A stretch of 64,000 bases of DNA from Bacteroidota bacterium (GTDB lineage: Bacteria > Bacteroidota > Ignavibacteria > UBA10030). Below are positions 28,095 through 38,044 of this stretch, piece by piece (positions within the stretch are counted from its first letter, which is position 1; every line of letters starts with the position of its first letter). Made by a program: the position numbers and the translations under genes. A model generated the notes under the pieces. It worked only from the letters and a program-made list of their open reading frames with translations, searched no databases and was not told where the DNA came from. Location of the stretch: contig JBBEEC010000059.1 of assembly GCA_040880975.1 (NCBI GenBank), forward strand, positions 6,486 through 70,485, read 5' to 3'.

Positions 28095-29980
28095 AGAAGA
28101 ATCTGCGACAGCGTCCCGCCAACCAGGAACGCACCAATCCAGGTGCCAAACCACACAATCATAGCTTCCTTGGTCCCGCGCTCCTTCAGCATCACCATCA
28201 GGGAGGCGATGCAGGGCACAAATAGCGTGATCGTGACAAGTGCGACAACGATTTGATCGGGCGAGAGGGACAGATCATAGAGTCCCGCCGCGCCAAAATC
28301 CCTCCTCACCATTCCCATGACAAACGCCGTGGCGGCTTCTTTCGGAAGCTGCAGCCAGGACACCGTGAAGGGGGAGAGAATGGATTGCCAGACGTTCAAA
28401 AGCCCTGTGACCTGCATGATTCCGACCGCCAGTGCCCCTGCAAAAAACCAGGGAGTGGCCTCTTTCATGAAGAAATACGCCCGAAAAGCCGTCTTCCGGA
28501 CAACGTTATCAAGGCGTGGAAGACGCATGGGGGGCAGGTCGATCAGCAGCGGGCTTGTTTTCCCGGGCAACGTTCTGTGAAGGATGGTGCCGATGGCAAC
28601 AAAGACCGTGAGAATGGTGGCCGTAAAGATGAGCATCGCCTTGAATCCTGCACCGGCAAGCATCGCTGCAATCACCGCGAGCTGTGCGGAACAAGGAATG
28701 GCAAACTGCAGAATGGCGGTGGTGATTTTCTTTTCGCGGTCACTACCGAGCAGTCGCGTCGTGATGGTTGCCATGGTTACGCAACCGAATCCAAGAATGA
28801 GCGGAATCACTGCGCTGCCGTTAAGGCCGATACTGTTCAGGCTTCGGTCCACCAATGTGGCAAGCCGGGGAAGGTACCCGCTGTCTTCCATGATCGCGAG
28901 CGAAAGGTAGAAGGCCATAACAAGCGGAAGCAGCAGGAACAGCAGGTACGTCACGGTCATGGTGAGAACACCGAATTCACCGATCAAGATGATCCCGAGC
29001 CAGGAATTCGGATCGACGGATTGGGCAACCAGGCCGCGGACCCAGGGCTCCCACAGGCCGTTGCCCAGATTGGTTTCAAGATACTCTACGAGGTCCTGGG
29101 CAATCAGCGTGCCGACGAACAGGTAAATGAGATACAACGCGCCGAAGAGCATGGGGACACCCGTCCACGGATTGACGGCCCACCGGCCCAGAAGCGTCGA
29201 GACCCGCTTGCGAATTTGCCGCTCCGAGACTGCCGCGTTGATGATCAGGTTCACACGGTTCCGTCTTTCGACGTACATGGACTCGCGTTCCGACCCCGGG
29301 GCCACACCGTGTCGTTGAGCGATGTCCTCATCGCCTTCGAGAATCAGAAGAGCCTCGGCTTCAGAGCCGGCGACGGCCAGCATGGTATGCAGTCGGGCGT
29401 GCTGATCGCGGTCCTGCTGACCCCGGCGCGCCTCCCGAATCGCCTCCGGAATTCTATCAAACCCCTCGCGTTTGATGGCGGTGGTGGTGAAAACGGGAAC
29501 GCCCAGGTACCTTGAAAGAAGCTTGATGTCCAGATCCAACCCGTGCTTCTCCACTTCGTCCATGAAATTCAGAATGACCGACACCTTTTTTCCCATATCG
29601 ATCAATTGCTGCGTTAGGAACAGATCCCGCTCAAGATGCACCGCGTCCACGACGTTGAGAATCACATCGGCTTTCAGGACCATGTCCCGTGTGACATTCT
29701 CCTCTGCGGTAAACGAGGAAATGCCATAAACACCGGGCGTATCGTACACATCGATATCCTGAAATTTGCCTTTCGCGATTTCGACCGTCGTTCCGGGGTA
29801 GTTCGAAACATCGACATAGAGGCCGGAGAGATAGTTAAAGAAGAGGGATTTTCCGACATTGGGGTTTCCGACCAACGCCACTTGGGTACGGATAAGCTCA
29901 TCGACCGTAATGGGCATTCCCGGATGGTTATGTTTTTCAACGTGTTGATGCGGGCCCGGATCTGTCGGAACCATACTCAT
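28091..29980 (-). CDS. feoB: Ferrous iron transporter FeoB (GTPase domain plus permease)
   Basis: G1 motif GNPNVGKS, G3 DTPG, G4 NFMD, followed by about 8 TM segments with the gate motifs. Confidence 0.93.
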   Translation of the reverse strand: MSMVPTDPGPHQHVEKHNHPGMPITVDELIRTQVALVGNPNVGKSLFFNYLSGLYVDVSNYPGTTVEIAKGKFQDIDVYDTPGVYGISSFTAEENVTRDMVLKADVILNVVDAVHLERDLFLTQQLIDMGKKVSVILNFMDEVEKHGLDLDIKLLSRYLGVPVFTTTAIKREGFDRIPEAIREARRGQQDRDQHARLHTMLAVAGSEAEALLILEGDEDIAQRHGVAPGSERESMYVERRNRVNLIINAAVSERQIRKRVSTLLGRWAVNPWTGVPMLFGALYLIYLFVGTLIAQDLVEYLETNLGNGLWEPWVRGLVAQSVDPNSWLGIILIGEFGVLTMTVTYLLFLLLPLVMAFYLSLAIMEDSGYLPRLATLVDRSLNSIGLNGSAVIPLILGFGCVTMATITTRLLGSDREKKITTAILQFAIPCSAQLAVIAAMLAGAGFKAMLIFTATILTVFVAIGTILHRTLPGKTSPLLIDLPPMRLPRLDNVVRKTAFRAYFFMKEATPWFFAGALAVGIMQVTGLLNVWQSILSPFTVSWLQLPKEAATAFVMGMVRRDFGAAGLYDLSLSPDQIVVALVTITLFVPCIASLMVMLKERGTKEAMIVWFGTWIGAFLVGGTLSQILL

Positions 29981-30234
29981 TCTTTCTCTTCGGATGTTTG
30001 CACGACCGCAACGACAATGGTGCTTGCGAGGGAGAAACCAATCGCAATCTCCTGCCTGTTCTTCTCCAGAACGATAGTCCCCCCGGGGAGCTTTTCAAGG
30101 CATCGGACCATTTCTCCTTCGAGAAGACCCAGTCTCAAAAGCTGTGCCCTGCTTTTTCCCTCGGGAATCCCTTCTATTCTTAGAAAAGTACCCTTCTTTG
30201 CCTGGTGCAGCGTTATTGTCGACCTAATACTCAT
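29977..30234 (-). CDS. feoA: Ferrous iron transport protein A
   Basis: 85-aa SH3-like FeoA (GTFLRIEGIPEG...RLGLLEGEMV). 4-nt overlap with feoB. Confidence 0.85.
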   Translation of the reverse strand: MSIRSTITLHQAKKGTFLRIEGIPEGKSRAQLLRLGLLEGEMVRCLEKLPGGTIVLEKNRQEIAIGFSLASTIVVAVVQTSEEKE

Positions 30235-30423
30235 TATTATTAATGGTAATCCGACCCAATCAGTCCATGTTAATGTCCGACCAATTTAGTCCTATAATGG
30301 TGGGCAGTCAAGTCAAAACTGGACAAAATGCCTAAAAAATGCATATTTTAGGAACGAATACTAATTCTAGGAATCCTTTCTCTTAAAATTTCCGAAATTC
30401 CAACAAAAGGCCTAAGGTGAACA

Positions 30424-31179
30424 TTGATAAGTCTTGACGGAAAAGTCGCTTTGGTGACCGGCGGGTCGAGAGGAATTGGCGCCGCTGTTGCCCTCCTCTT
30501 CGCCAAAGCGGGAGCCGATGTTGCTATTACATTTGTTTCGGATCGGAAAAGCGCTGACCGCGTTAAAAAACAAATCGAACGATTCGGGAGGATGTGTTTC
30601 ACGATCCGAGCCCAGGCTTCTTCATCATCGAGTGTGCGCCGTGCCGTTGCAGAAGCAGGCCAAAAGTTTGGGAGGATTGACATTCTCGTCAACAATGCGG
30701 GGATCTGGAAACGCGCCCCCATCCGTTCGATGTCGGAAAAACAATGGGATGAGACGATGGAGGTCAACCTCAAGGGTGTGTATCTCTTTTGCAAGGCTAT
30801 TCTTCCGCTGATGAAAAAGAAGGGCGGAAAAATCATCAACATCGCGAGCACAGCGGGCCAACGGGGAGAGGCAGAGTACTCTCATTACGCAGCTTCGAAG
30901 GGGGGCGTGATCGCGTTTACAAAATCCATTGCCGTCGAACTTGCTCCGAGAGGAGTTTATGTTAACTGCGTTGCGCCGGGTTGGGTCTCCACAGACATGA
31001 CGTTCCCGGCGTTACGGAACCGTTCGGCCCTTCGCGCGATCGAGCGCTCGATTCCGCGGGGCAAAGTTGCCACTCCGGATGACATTGCCGGACCCGTGCC
31101 CTTTCTGGCTTCGCCGCTTTCCGACCATCTCGTGGGAGCGACCTTGTGCGTCAACGGGGGCGGGGTGATGATCACCTGA
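30424..31179 (+). CDS. SDR family oxidoreductase (FabG-like 3-oxoacyl-ACP reductase type)
   Basis: TGGSRGIG Rossmann motif, NNAG, catalytic YxxxK (YAASK). TTG start per the ORF track, AAGGTG upstream. Confidence 0.85.
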   Translation: MISLDGKVALVTGGSRGIGAAVALLFAKAGADVAITFVSDRKSADRVKKQIERFGRMCFTIRAQASSSSSVRRAVAEAGQKFGRIDILVNNAGIWKRAPIRSMSEKQWDETMEVNLKGVYLFCKAILPLMKKKGGKIINIASTAGQRGEAEYSHYAASKGGVIAFTKSIAVELAPRGVYVNCVAPGWVSTDMTFPALRNRSALRAIERSIPRGKVATPDDIAGPVPFLASPLSDHLVGATLCVNGGGVMIT

Positions 31180-31195
31180 CGTTTGCCGTTTTTGC

Positions 31196-31223
31196 TTGAT
31201 TCAAAAACCAAAACCGTTATATT
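31196..31223 (+). promoter_or_regulatory. Candidate sigma70 promoter TTGATT-N16-TATATT upstream of the deoxyhypusine-synthase-like gene
   Basis: Hexamers read from the sequence about 40 nt upstream of the ATG at 31263. Confidence 0.3.
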
Positions 31224-31262
31224 GTTCACCATTCCCCCCATCTCACTCGCCTGAAAGAACGA

Positions 31263-32366
31263 ATGGCAAAACGCAAACAGTTTCTCTCCGGTAAGCGAAT
31301 TAACACATCGCCCATCAGGAAGAACGCGAACGTCCGGGAACTGGTCGACAACTACTTTCAGGCATATAATGCGGGCCGATTGAGCGAGGCATGCCGGCTT
31401 TTTACCGACAAAATGCTTTCCTCCGATGTCACGATCGGCATGAGCCTTACCGGGGCCCTCACGCCCGCGGGCCTTGGCGGCTCCTGCGTCGTCCCTCTCA
31501 TGGAAGCAGGATTTGTCGATTGGATTGTGAGCACGGGAGCCAACCTGTACCACGACACACATTTCTCCATCGGACACTCCCTGCACCGCGGTTCCCCGTT
31601 CATCGATGACAGAATTCTTCGAAAAGAAGCTGTCATCCGGATCTATGACATCCTTTTTGATTACAACGTTCTCCTCGATACGGACGATTTTTACCGTACC
31701 ATCATCTTGGCACCGGAATTTCAGATGGCCCTGAGCACCGCGGAATTTCATTACAAGATCGGGCGGTATGTTTACGCGCGCGAGCGGCTACTGAAGCGGC
31801 CCCACCGGAGTATTCTGGGTGCTGCGTTCCGCTTTGGGGTTCCGGTTTACACTTCGTCCCCCGGTGATAGTTCCATCGGAATGAATGTCGCGGAAACAGC
31901 CTTGTACGGTAATCGGTGTCAGTTTGATGTCCTGGCAGATGTGAACGAGACTGCCGCAATCGTCCTTGAGGCAAAACAAACGAAAGGAAGAAGCGGAGTG
32001 TTGATTTTTGGAGGAGGGTCCCCGAAGAACTTTATCTTGCAGACCGAGCCTCAAATTCAGGAAGTGCTCAAAATTAATGAAAAAGGGCATGATTTCTTCA
32101 TCCAATTCACAGATGCCCGCCCGGATACGGGAGGGCTTTCCGGTGCAACGCCTTCGGAGGCTGTGAGCTGGGGCAAAATTGATCCGGACAAACTGCCCGA
32201 TACTGTTGTTTCCTACGTCGATTCGACGATCGCAATGCCGATTTTGACATCCTATGCGCTCGGGAAACATAAACGCCGGAAACTCAAACGACTCTATGAC
32301 AGACGCGAGGAAATGATGAACCGCCTTCGCCGTGCCGCGGACCTTGTGAAGAAGCGTCAACGTTAA
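31263..32366 (+). CDS. Deoxyhypusine synthase family protein (bacterial DHS-like; possibly homospermidine-synthase-type)
   Basis: 367 aa with family-wide conserved blocks ([38 protein letters not shown]). Confidence 0.8.
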   Translation: MAKRKQFLSGKRINTSPIRKNANVRELVDNYFQAYNAGRLSEACRLFTDKMLSSDVTIGMSLTGALTPAGLGGSCVVPLMEAGFVDWIVSTGANLYHDTHFSIGHSLHRGSPFIDDRILRKEAVIRIYDILFDYNVLLDTDDFYRTIILAPEFQMALSTAEFHYKIGRYVYARERLLKRPHRSILGAAFRFGVPVYTSSPGDSSIGMNVAETALYGNRCQFDVLADVNETAAIVLEAKQTKGRSGVLIFGGGSPKNFILQTEPQIQEVLKINEKGHDFFIQFTDARPDTGGLSGATPSEAVSWGKIDPDKLPDTVVSYVDSTIAMPILTSYALGKHKRRKLKRLYDRREEMMNRLRRAADLVKKRQR

Positions 32367-32420
32367 TTCCATGGCATTTCCCGTAAACAACCATCGTTTT
32401 ACCAATCGGAGGACCCTTGC

Positions 32421-32636
32421 ATGAATCGGTACCAGGAGTTGTTGGACCTTATCCAAACATTTGAAAAAGATTTCGAAAAATTCTACGTGAAAGAGAACAA
32501 ATCTGCCGGCACTCGTGTGCGGAAGCACATGGCAGAGCTGAAGAGGAAAGCGCAGGAAATCCGTAATGAGGTTCAAGAAGTTAAACGAAAAATGGATGAG
32601 CAGGCAGGGCCCGCTTCGCCTTCCACCCCGGTGTAG
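32421..32636 (+). CDS. Histone H1-like small basic DNA-binding protein (Bacteroidota-type)
   Basis: 71 aa. FEKDFEKFYVKENKSAGTRVRKHMAELKRKAQEIR matches the bacterial histone-H1-like pattern (…GNKAAGTRARK…). Confidence 0.7.
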   Translation: MNRYQELLDLIQTFEKDFEKFYVKENKSAGTRVRKHMAELKRKAQEIRNEVQEVKRKMDEQAGPASPSTPV

Positions 32637-32753
32637 TCCGGTCCGAATTTCACGTCATAATGCTGGCATCGGACCTCCGGTGCCGGCATCCCGCACCTCC
32701 TACCCCCCGTGGACGATCGCGCCGCACTGTTCCCTCACATTCAAGGTTTCGCA

Positions 32754-35285
32754 ATGATAAAGCTCATTTCTATTTTTACCCTCACGGCCTTTGCCGTTAT
32801 TCCCTGTTTCCTGTCAGCAAAACAGGAACACCATCTGAATGTCATTCCCACTCCGCAAGAGGTCACTCTGTCTGCGGGTCAGTTCCGTATTTCCAGCCAG
32901 ACTCGGATTGTGCTTGCGAACGCGGCGACCGCCCAGGATCGCTTTACGGCTGATCAGCTGAATGAACATTTGATCGGACTCGGCTTTTCCCCTCTTGATG
33001 TTTCAGAAGAATCGAGGTCTCGCTCAAGAACTTCCAATTTTGTGTACATCGGCCCGCCCGCCAGCACTAAAGGGAAAGCGCTGCTTGCCGGCGGTGTGTC
33101 CGGCTTTGCCGATGCGATGCTGAAGGAAGGGTATATCCTTAGCGTCACCAGCGAGGGGGTCGTGATCCTCGGAGAAAGCGAACGCGGTCGATATTACGGA
33201 ATGATGACCCTCCTGCAGTTGATCGCGAAGGAAAAGAAGGCTGCCGTGGTTCCCAGGGTGTTCATACGAGACTGGCCTCTGCAATCCATCCGGGGCATTA
33301 CCGATGACCTCAGCAGAGGGCAAGTTTCGACACAAGAGAATTTCAAGGCGATCATCCGGTATCTCTCCCGCCACAAACTCAACGTCTATTCTCCCTACAT
33401 CGAGGATATATTTGTTTTCAAGGGTCATCCTCTCATCGGCAAAGGCCGTGGAGCGCTTTTACCGAATGAGGTGAAAGAACTGGACAGCTACGCGAAACGA
33501 TATCACGTGGAGTTGATACCAATCTTTGAAACACTTGGGCATTGGGAAAACATTCTCCTGCTTCCAGAATACGCGCATTTGGCTGAGTTTCCCGGCGCAC
33601 ATACGATCAATGTCTCGGACGAACGTGTCTACACCCTCCTCGATGAGATGATCGGTGAGCTGGCGGGCGCGTTCAGTTCACCCTATTTTAATATGGCGGC
33701 GGATGAATCATGGGATGTGGGATTGGGCGCCTCCAGAGACCTGGTAGAAAAGAGCGATCTTGCAAGTGTGCATGCGGAACATTACAAGAAATTGTTTGCC
33801 ATGCTGGCGAAGCACGGAAAACGCCCCCTGATGTACGGCGATATCATTCTCAATCATCCTTCCATTCTCGAAAAAATTCCGCGCGATGTGATCATTGTGG
33901 ATTGGCAATATTGGGCGGGACAATCCTATCCGAGTGCCGACATTTTTCGCAGGGCAGGTTTCCCGTTCATTGTGTCACCGGCCATCTGGAATTTCACCGG
34001 GCCGTGGCCTAATTTTCTCAACACCGTGATCAACGTCCGCAATTTTTCCCGCGCAGGATACGACAACGGGGCGCTCGGCATTCTCACATCCAACTGGAAC
34101 GACTATGGCGGCGAGACCCTGCGGGAGTTGAACTACTATGGATTCGCCTGGACGGCCGAGTGTGCCTGGCAGCCCTTGAAAGCCGACCCCGTTCAATTTG
34201 AGCAGGCGTTCTTCTCCAATTTCTTCGGAAACGCGGAGGCCGGCCAATACGCGCAGGCCGCCTATCACTTGCTCTCCAATGTCTACACACACCTTGAGTG
34301 GCACGAGATCTGGCGCCATCCGCTCCTTCCCGTCCGACCTTCAATCCTCAACAACCTCTGGCGCTTCCAGGCTATTGAATCTTCCATGCCTTTCGTGAAT
34401 GATCTTTTGGAAAAAGCCGCGGGACGAGCCACATTGAACAAGGAACATTTTCGCACCGTTCGTTTTGTCACGCGGTTGAATCTCTGGTTTACGCAAAGAA
34501 TAAGAGCCCGGGAATCGATCCGTGACGCACAAGAGGATTCCACGCTCAATGCGGATGAACAGGCCGTTGCTATTCGAAGTGTCTGCAGCCGTATGATTGC
34601 CGAGACCGAGATCCTGAAGAGAGAATTCACAGATCTCTGGATGCGAACAAACCGTGAGGACAATCTGCATTTGCTGGTTGCCAGGTACGACCGCCAGATC
34701 GCGTACTGGAATGAGATTTCAGCAGATCCGCACATGGGAGACCCGTCGATCCCCTCGGCGTGGCTCTATCATCCGCGGGCCAATCCCCTCAAGAGAGATT
34801 CAACTGCTGAACAGGTGCCAAGAGCGTGGTTCCGTTTGACGTTCAGATCTGACGACGCCCATACACCGGGAGGAATACAGCTTCTCGCTGACACCTACGC
34901 AGGAGTATTCGTCAATGGCATTGAAGTGGGCACTGTGTTTGCGCGCCGGTCCCTTTCCCTGACCGTGGAACAACAACGCGTCAAAGCCTGGGATCTTACT
35001 CCGTTTCTCCGGCCGGGAAAGAATGTGATCGCAATGGAATCGGTAACTTATGACACATTCGGGTCCGCGGGCATAAACATCCTCGGGTACAAAACAACTC
35101 CGGGCGGAACAACCATGATGGTGGTTCTGGACAACCACGTGAAGGTGTCGGATCATGCAGCCGCAGGATGGAAGGAAGCTGATTTTGACGATTCCCGCTG
35201 GCTTCCGGCAGCGGCAAAAGAGGTACCTTATACAGTCGTGGCGCCTGACTTCAGCCGCAACCGGCTCTCCTGGATCGAACGTTAA
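32754..35285 (+). CDS. Secreted glycoside hydrolase family 20-like protein (GH20b N-domain plus TIM barrel) with a C-terminal beta-sandwich region; catalytic signature divergent
   Basis: Signal peptide MIKLISIFTLTAFAVIPCFLSA, then NVIPTPQEVTLSAGQFRIS (GH20 domain-2 hallmark). The barrel region has AADESWD where GH20 has H-x-GGDE, and SPYIEDIF where GH20 has HWHxxDDQ. Confidence 0.6.
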   Translation: MIKLISIFTLTAFAVIPCFLSAKQEHHLNVIPTPQEVTLSAGQFRISSQTRIVLANAATAQDRFTADQLNEHLIGLGFSPLDVSEESRSRSRTSNFVYIGPPASTKGKALLAGGVSGFADAMLKEGYILSVTSEGVVILGESERGRYYGMMTLLQLIAKEKKAAVVPRVFIRDWPLQSIRGITDDLSRGQVSTQENFKAIIRYLSRHKLNVYSPYIEDIFVFKGHPLIGKGRGALLPNEVKELDSYAKRYHVELIPIFETLGHWENILLLPEYAHLAEFPGAHTINVSDERVYTLLDEMIGELAGAFSSPYFNMAADESWDVGLGASRDLVEKSDLASVHAEHYKKLFAMLAKHGKRPLMYGDIILNHPSILEKIPRDVIIVDWQYWAGQSYPSADIFRRAGFPFIVSPAIWNFTGPWPNFLNTVINVRNFSRAGYDNGALGILTSNWNDYGGETLRELNYYGFAWTAECAWQPLKADPVQFEQAFFSNFFGNAEAGQYAQAAYHLLSNVYTHLEWHEIWRHPLLPVRPSILNNLWRFQAIESSMPFVNDLLEKAAGRATLNKEHFRTVRFVTRLNLWFTQRIRARESIRDAQEDSTLNADEQAVAIRSVCSRMIAETEILKREFTDLWMRTNREDNLHLLVARYDRQIAYWNEISADPHMGDPSIPSAWLYHPRANPLKRDSTAEQVPRAWFRLTFRSDDAHTPGGIQLLADTYAGVFVNGIEVGTVFARRSLSLTVEQQRVKAWDLTPFLRPGKNVIAMESVTYDTFGSAGINILGYKTTPGGTTMMVVLDNHVKVSDHAAAGWKEADFDDSRWLPAAAKEVPYTVVAPDFSRNRLSWIER

Positions 35286-35343
35286 TTCAATTGGCGGGGT
35301 AACCTCTTTACTGTTTTCTCCGTAATATGTACCGGAACTTCTT

Positions 35344-36054
35344 ATGATCCTCGATAAATTCAAGTATCAATTTCTCGGGCGTATGCGCAGGGCGGAGGGC
35401 CTGTCACCGGTCGTTGACCGGGATCGCCATGTCGACCTCGGGGCCTCTCCCACGGTGGTCTTCGAGGCCTCGCTCGCCATTTCCGTTTTATGCTGTATAC
35501 TGACGTTTGTACTTTTTCCATCCGTCGAACTGACATCCGTCTCCGGAAATGCAACAAAGGAATTCGTCGAGTTCGAGGACATCGAGCACACGCGCCAAGA
35601 AAACCGGCCGCCCCCTCCTCCCCGCCCGCCGATCCCGATCGAGGCACCGTCGGACGCCGAGATCGAGGACGTGGATCTTGCCAGTTCCGAGATCAATGTT
35701 GCGGAAGACATTGCACCGCCGCCGCCTTCCGACAACAGCGCCGAAGAAGAGTATTTCGTCGCTGTGGAGGAAATGCCGGAACCCGTAGGCGGGATGGCGG
35801 CTATCCACAGTAATGTCATTTATCCCGAGATCGCACGAAGAGCCGGAGTTCAGGGCCGCGTCTATGTACTCGCATTCGTAAACGACAAAGGCGAGGTAAC
35901 AAAAACCGAGGTGTTGAGGGGGATCGGCGCAGGTTGTGATGAAGCAGCCATGGCGGCGGTTCGCAAAGCCCGATTTATCCCCGGGCGTCAACGCGGAAAG
36001 CCGGTGAACGTTCGAGTTTCCATTCCCATTCGCTTTCAGCTCACCGCCAATTGA
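35344..36054 (+). CDS. tonB: Energy transducer TonB (N-terminal anchor, Pro-rich spacer, TonB_C domain)
   Basis: PPPPPRPPIPIEAP proline spacer and C-terminal GVQGRVYVLAFVNDKGEVTKTEVLRGIGAGCDEAAMAAVRKARFIPG TonB_C motif. Confidence 0.85.
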   Translation: MILDKFKYQFLGRMRRAEGLSPVVDRDRHVDLGASPTVVFEASLAISVLCCILTFVLFPSVELTSVSGNATKEFVEFEDIEHTRQENRPPPPPRPPIPIEAPSDAEIEDVDLASSEINVAEDIAPPPPSDNSAEEEYFVAVEEMPEPVGGMAAIHSNVIYPEIARRAGVQGRVYVLAFVNDKGEVTKTEVLRGIGAGCDEAAMAAVRKARFIPGRQRGKPVNVRVSIPIRFQLTAN

Positions 36055-36145
36055 TCAGCTCTTTTTGCAATTCAGAAGTTAATTCCCGACTTTCCTTCGC
36101 TTCACACCGGTTCCATTTTCCTTTTACCATTTTCCATTTTCCATC

Positions 36146-37558
36146 TTGAATTTCGGCTGGCTTTCCATTCTTCCTCCGGTACTTGCGATCGTCCTGGCAA
36201 TCTGGACACGTCAGGTATTCATTTCCCTCTTTCTCGGAATCTGGTTCGGCTGGATGATCCTGACAGGAGGAGTCGTCTCAGGCCTCGCGGCGGGAATTCA
36301 AGCCTGCATCGATGTTTTCAAGGACAACGGGAATACGCGGGTCATTATCTTTTCGTCGCTTATCGGGGCCTTGATCACCCTTACCCAACGCAGCGGCGGT
36401 GTTCAAGGATTCGTCGATTGGATCCAGCGAAAGAAGTTCGTGCGATCACGCCGGGGAGCCTCTATCCTGGCATGGATCGTGGGAATGTCCATCTTCATCG
36501 AATCGAGCATTACCTGCCTCGTCACGGGTGCCATCGCCCGGCCATTGTTCGAACGGTTCAAGATCTCGCGCGAGAAACTCGCCTACATTCTTGATTCAAC
36601 TTCAGCCCCGGTGTGTGTTCTCATCCCCTTGAATGCCTGGGGGGCTTATGTCCTTGGATTGCTGAGTCAGGAGGGAGTCGAAAACCCCATTGGGTTGTTC
36701 TTTCAAACCATCCCCTACAATTTCTATGCACTTTTGTCGGTTGTTCTCGTTGCTTTCATTTCGTTTACGTTCCTGGACTTCGGGCCCATGAAAAAAGCCG
36801 AACGGCGGGCCGATGAAACGGGGAAAACCATTGCCGATAATGCAATTCCGCTGGTATCAGATGATGTTACGTCGATAGAACCGAAAGCTGAAAGCCATAA
36901 GAACCCGTTGAATATGATCATTCCGATCGGCGGAATGATCCTTATGATGCCGTTGAGCCTTTATTTAACGGGAGACGGAGACATTACGGCAGGTTCAGGT
37001 TCGACATCTGTGCTTTGGTCGGTTCTGCTCGCCATCACGCTGGCCGGCGGCATGGCCATTACTCAACGAATCCTCAACATCCGTGAGGTTGTTGACCTGA
37101 CGTTACGAGGGATGGGCGGATTGATTCCTCTCGGCATTCTAATGAATTTTGCTTTTGCGATGGGGGACACGACCAAGGCCCTCGGCACCGGGCTCTACGT
37201 TGCTTCGGTAGCCCAGGAAGTGATCAGTCCGGCCATTGTCGCCCCTTTGATCTTCCTGGCTTCATCGTTTATAGCCTTTTCGACCGGAACCAGTTGGGGA
37301 ACCTTTGCCATTATGATCCCCATAGCGGTCCCGACCGCCGTTGCCATGGGTTCGGACCTCCCCCTCACCGTGGCGGCAGTTCTGAGCGGGGGGGTTTTTG
37401 GGGACCATAGCTCTCCTATTTCAGACACCACCCTGGTCTCTTCCATGGCTGCTGCAAGTGATCACATCGACCATGTCCGAACCCAGCTCCCCTATGCCCT
37501 CTCCGCGGCAGCGGGGGCTCTCGTTCTCTTCGCAGCAGCGGGATTCCTCCTCCATTAA
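36146..37558 (+). CDS. nhaC: Na+/H+ antiporter NhaC family
   Basis: 470 aa, 11-12 TM. NhaC-family N-terminus LSILPPVLAIVLAIWTRQV. Confidence 0.85.
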   Translation: MNFGWLSILPPVLAIVLAIWTRQVFISLFLGIWFGWMILTGGVVSGLAAGIQACIDVFKDNGNTRVIIFSSLIGALITLTQRSGGVQGFVDWIQRKKFVRSRRGASILAWIVGMSIFIESSITCLVTGAIARPLFERFKISREKLAYILDSTSAPVCVLIPLNAWGAYVLGLLSQEGVENPIGLFFQTIPYNFYALLSVVLVAFISFTFLDFGPMKKAERRADETGKTIADNAIPLVSDDVTSIEPKAESHKNPLNMIIPIGGMILMMPLSLYLTGDGDITAGSGSTSVLWSVLLAITLAGGMAITQRILNIREVVDLTLRGMGGLIPLGILMNFAFAMGDTTKALGTGLYVASVAQEVISPAIVAPLIFLASSFIAFSTGTSWGTFAIMIPIAVPTAVAMGSDLPLTVAAVLSGGVFGDHSSPISDTTLVSSMAAASDHIDHVRTQLPYALSAAAGALVLFAAAGFLLH

Positions 37559-37686
37559 TACCCGTTAATCTTCCTCGATATTTTTTTTCGCCCTTCAATT
37601 CATCACATGATTGTTGACCGTAATTCCTTTTTTGTGTACCATGGTGCGCACAAACAAGGTGTTCAATTTTTTCTTTCAGGGGATTT

Positions 37687-37860
37687 ATGAAAAAATATGT
37701 GATGTTTGGTTTGCTGATCGGCCTTACGGTTTCCGCCGTTGTTGTCCTGTTCCGCCGCAGGCAGCTGTCCGGAACGGAGTTTGAGGGCTTCTTCGATTCT
37801 TCGACGGTAGGCGAAGAGCTCTTCGCAGACGCGTTCGAAGAACTCCCCGACAAACCGTAA
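37687..37860 (+). CDS. Candidate 57-aa single-TM protein
   Basis: ATG at 37687 with AGGGGA upstream. Product MKKYVMFGLLIGLTVSAVVVLFRRRQLSGTEFEGFFDSSTVGEELFADAFEELPDKP. A strong terminator follows immediately. Confidence 0.35.
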   Translation: MKKYVMFGLLIGLTVSAVVVLFRRRQLSGTEFEGFFDSSTVGEELFADAFEELPDKP

Positions 37861-37890
37861 CGGATTGTTCCCTGTCTTTGATTTTCACAG

Positions 37891-37917
37891 GCGTCCCCTT
37901 CAGGGACGCTTTTTTTT
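37891..37917 (+). terminator. Intrinsic terminator (GCGTCCC-CTTCA-GGGACGC plus T8)
   Basis: 7-bp GC-rich stem followed by eight T residues (37910-37917). Separates the nhaC/small-ORF unit from the helicase gene. Confidence 0.8.
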
Positions 37918-38044
37918 GCGCTCAGAGACTTGCTCTGTCCATCGCTTTTTTCTGCGGAGAATCAGTGTTATCCTCCCTTTGCTTTTCAAAACTTTTCTCC
38001 TACTTTAGGAAGTATTTCTTGCTCCACTCGCCCTCCCAGCACCC

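Noticed and set aside
28253-29515. 420-aa plus-strand ORF
   Set aside because: Antisense to feoB. Its translation is an Arg/Gly/His-rich low-complexity sequence.
35360-35991. Several overlapping ORFs within tonB
   Set aside because: Artefacts of the Pro-rich (CCG/CCC) spacer region of TonB read in other frames.
37416-37853. 145-aa minus-strand ORF
   Set aside because: Overlaps the nhaC 3' end and the better-supported 57-aa plus-strand ORF. Gly/Arg-rich low-complexity product.
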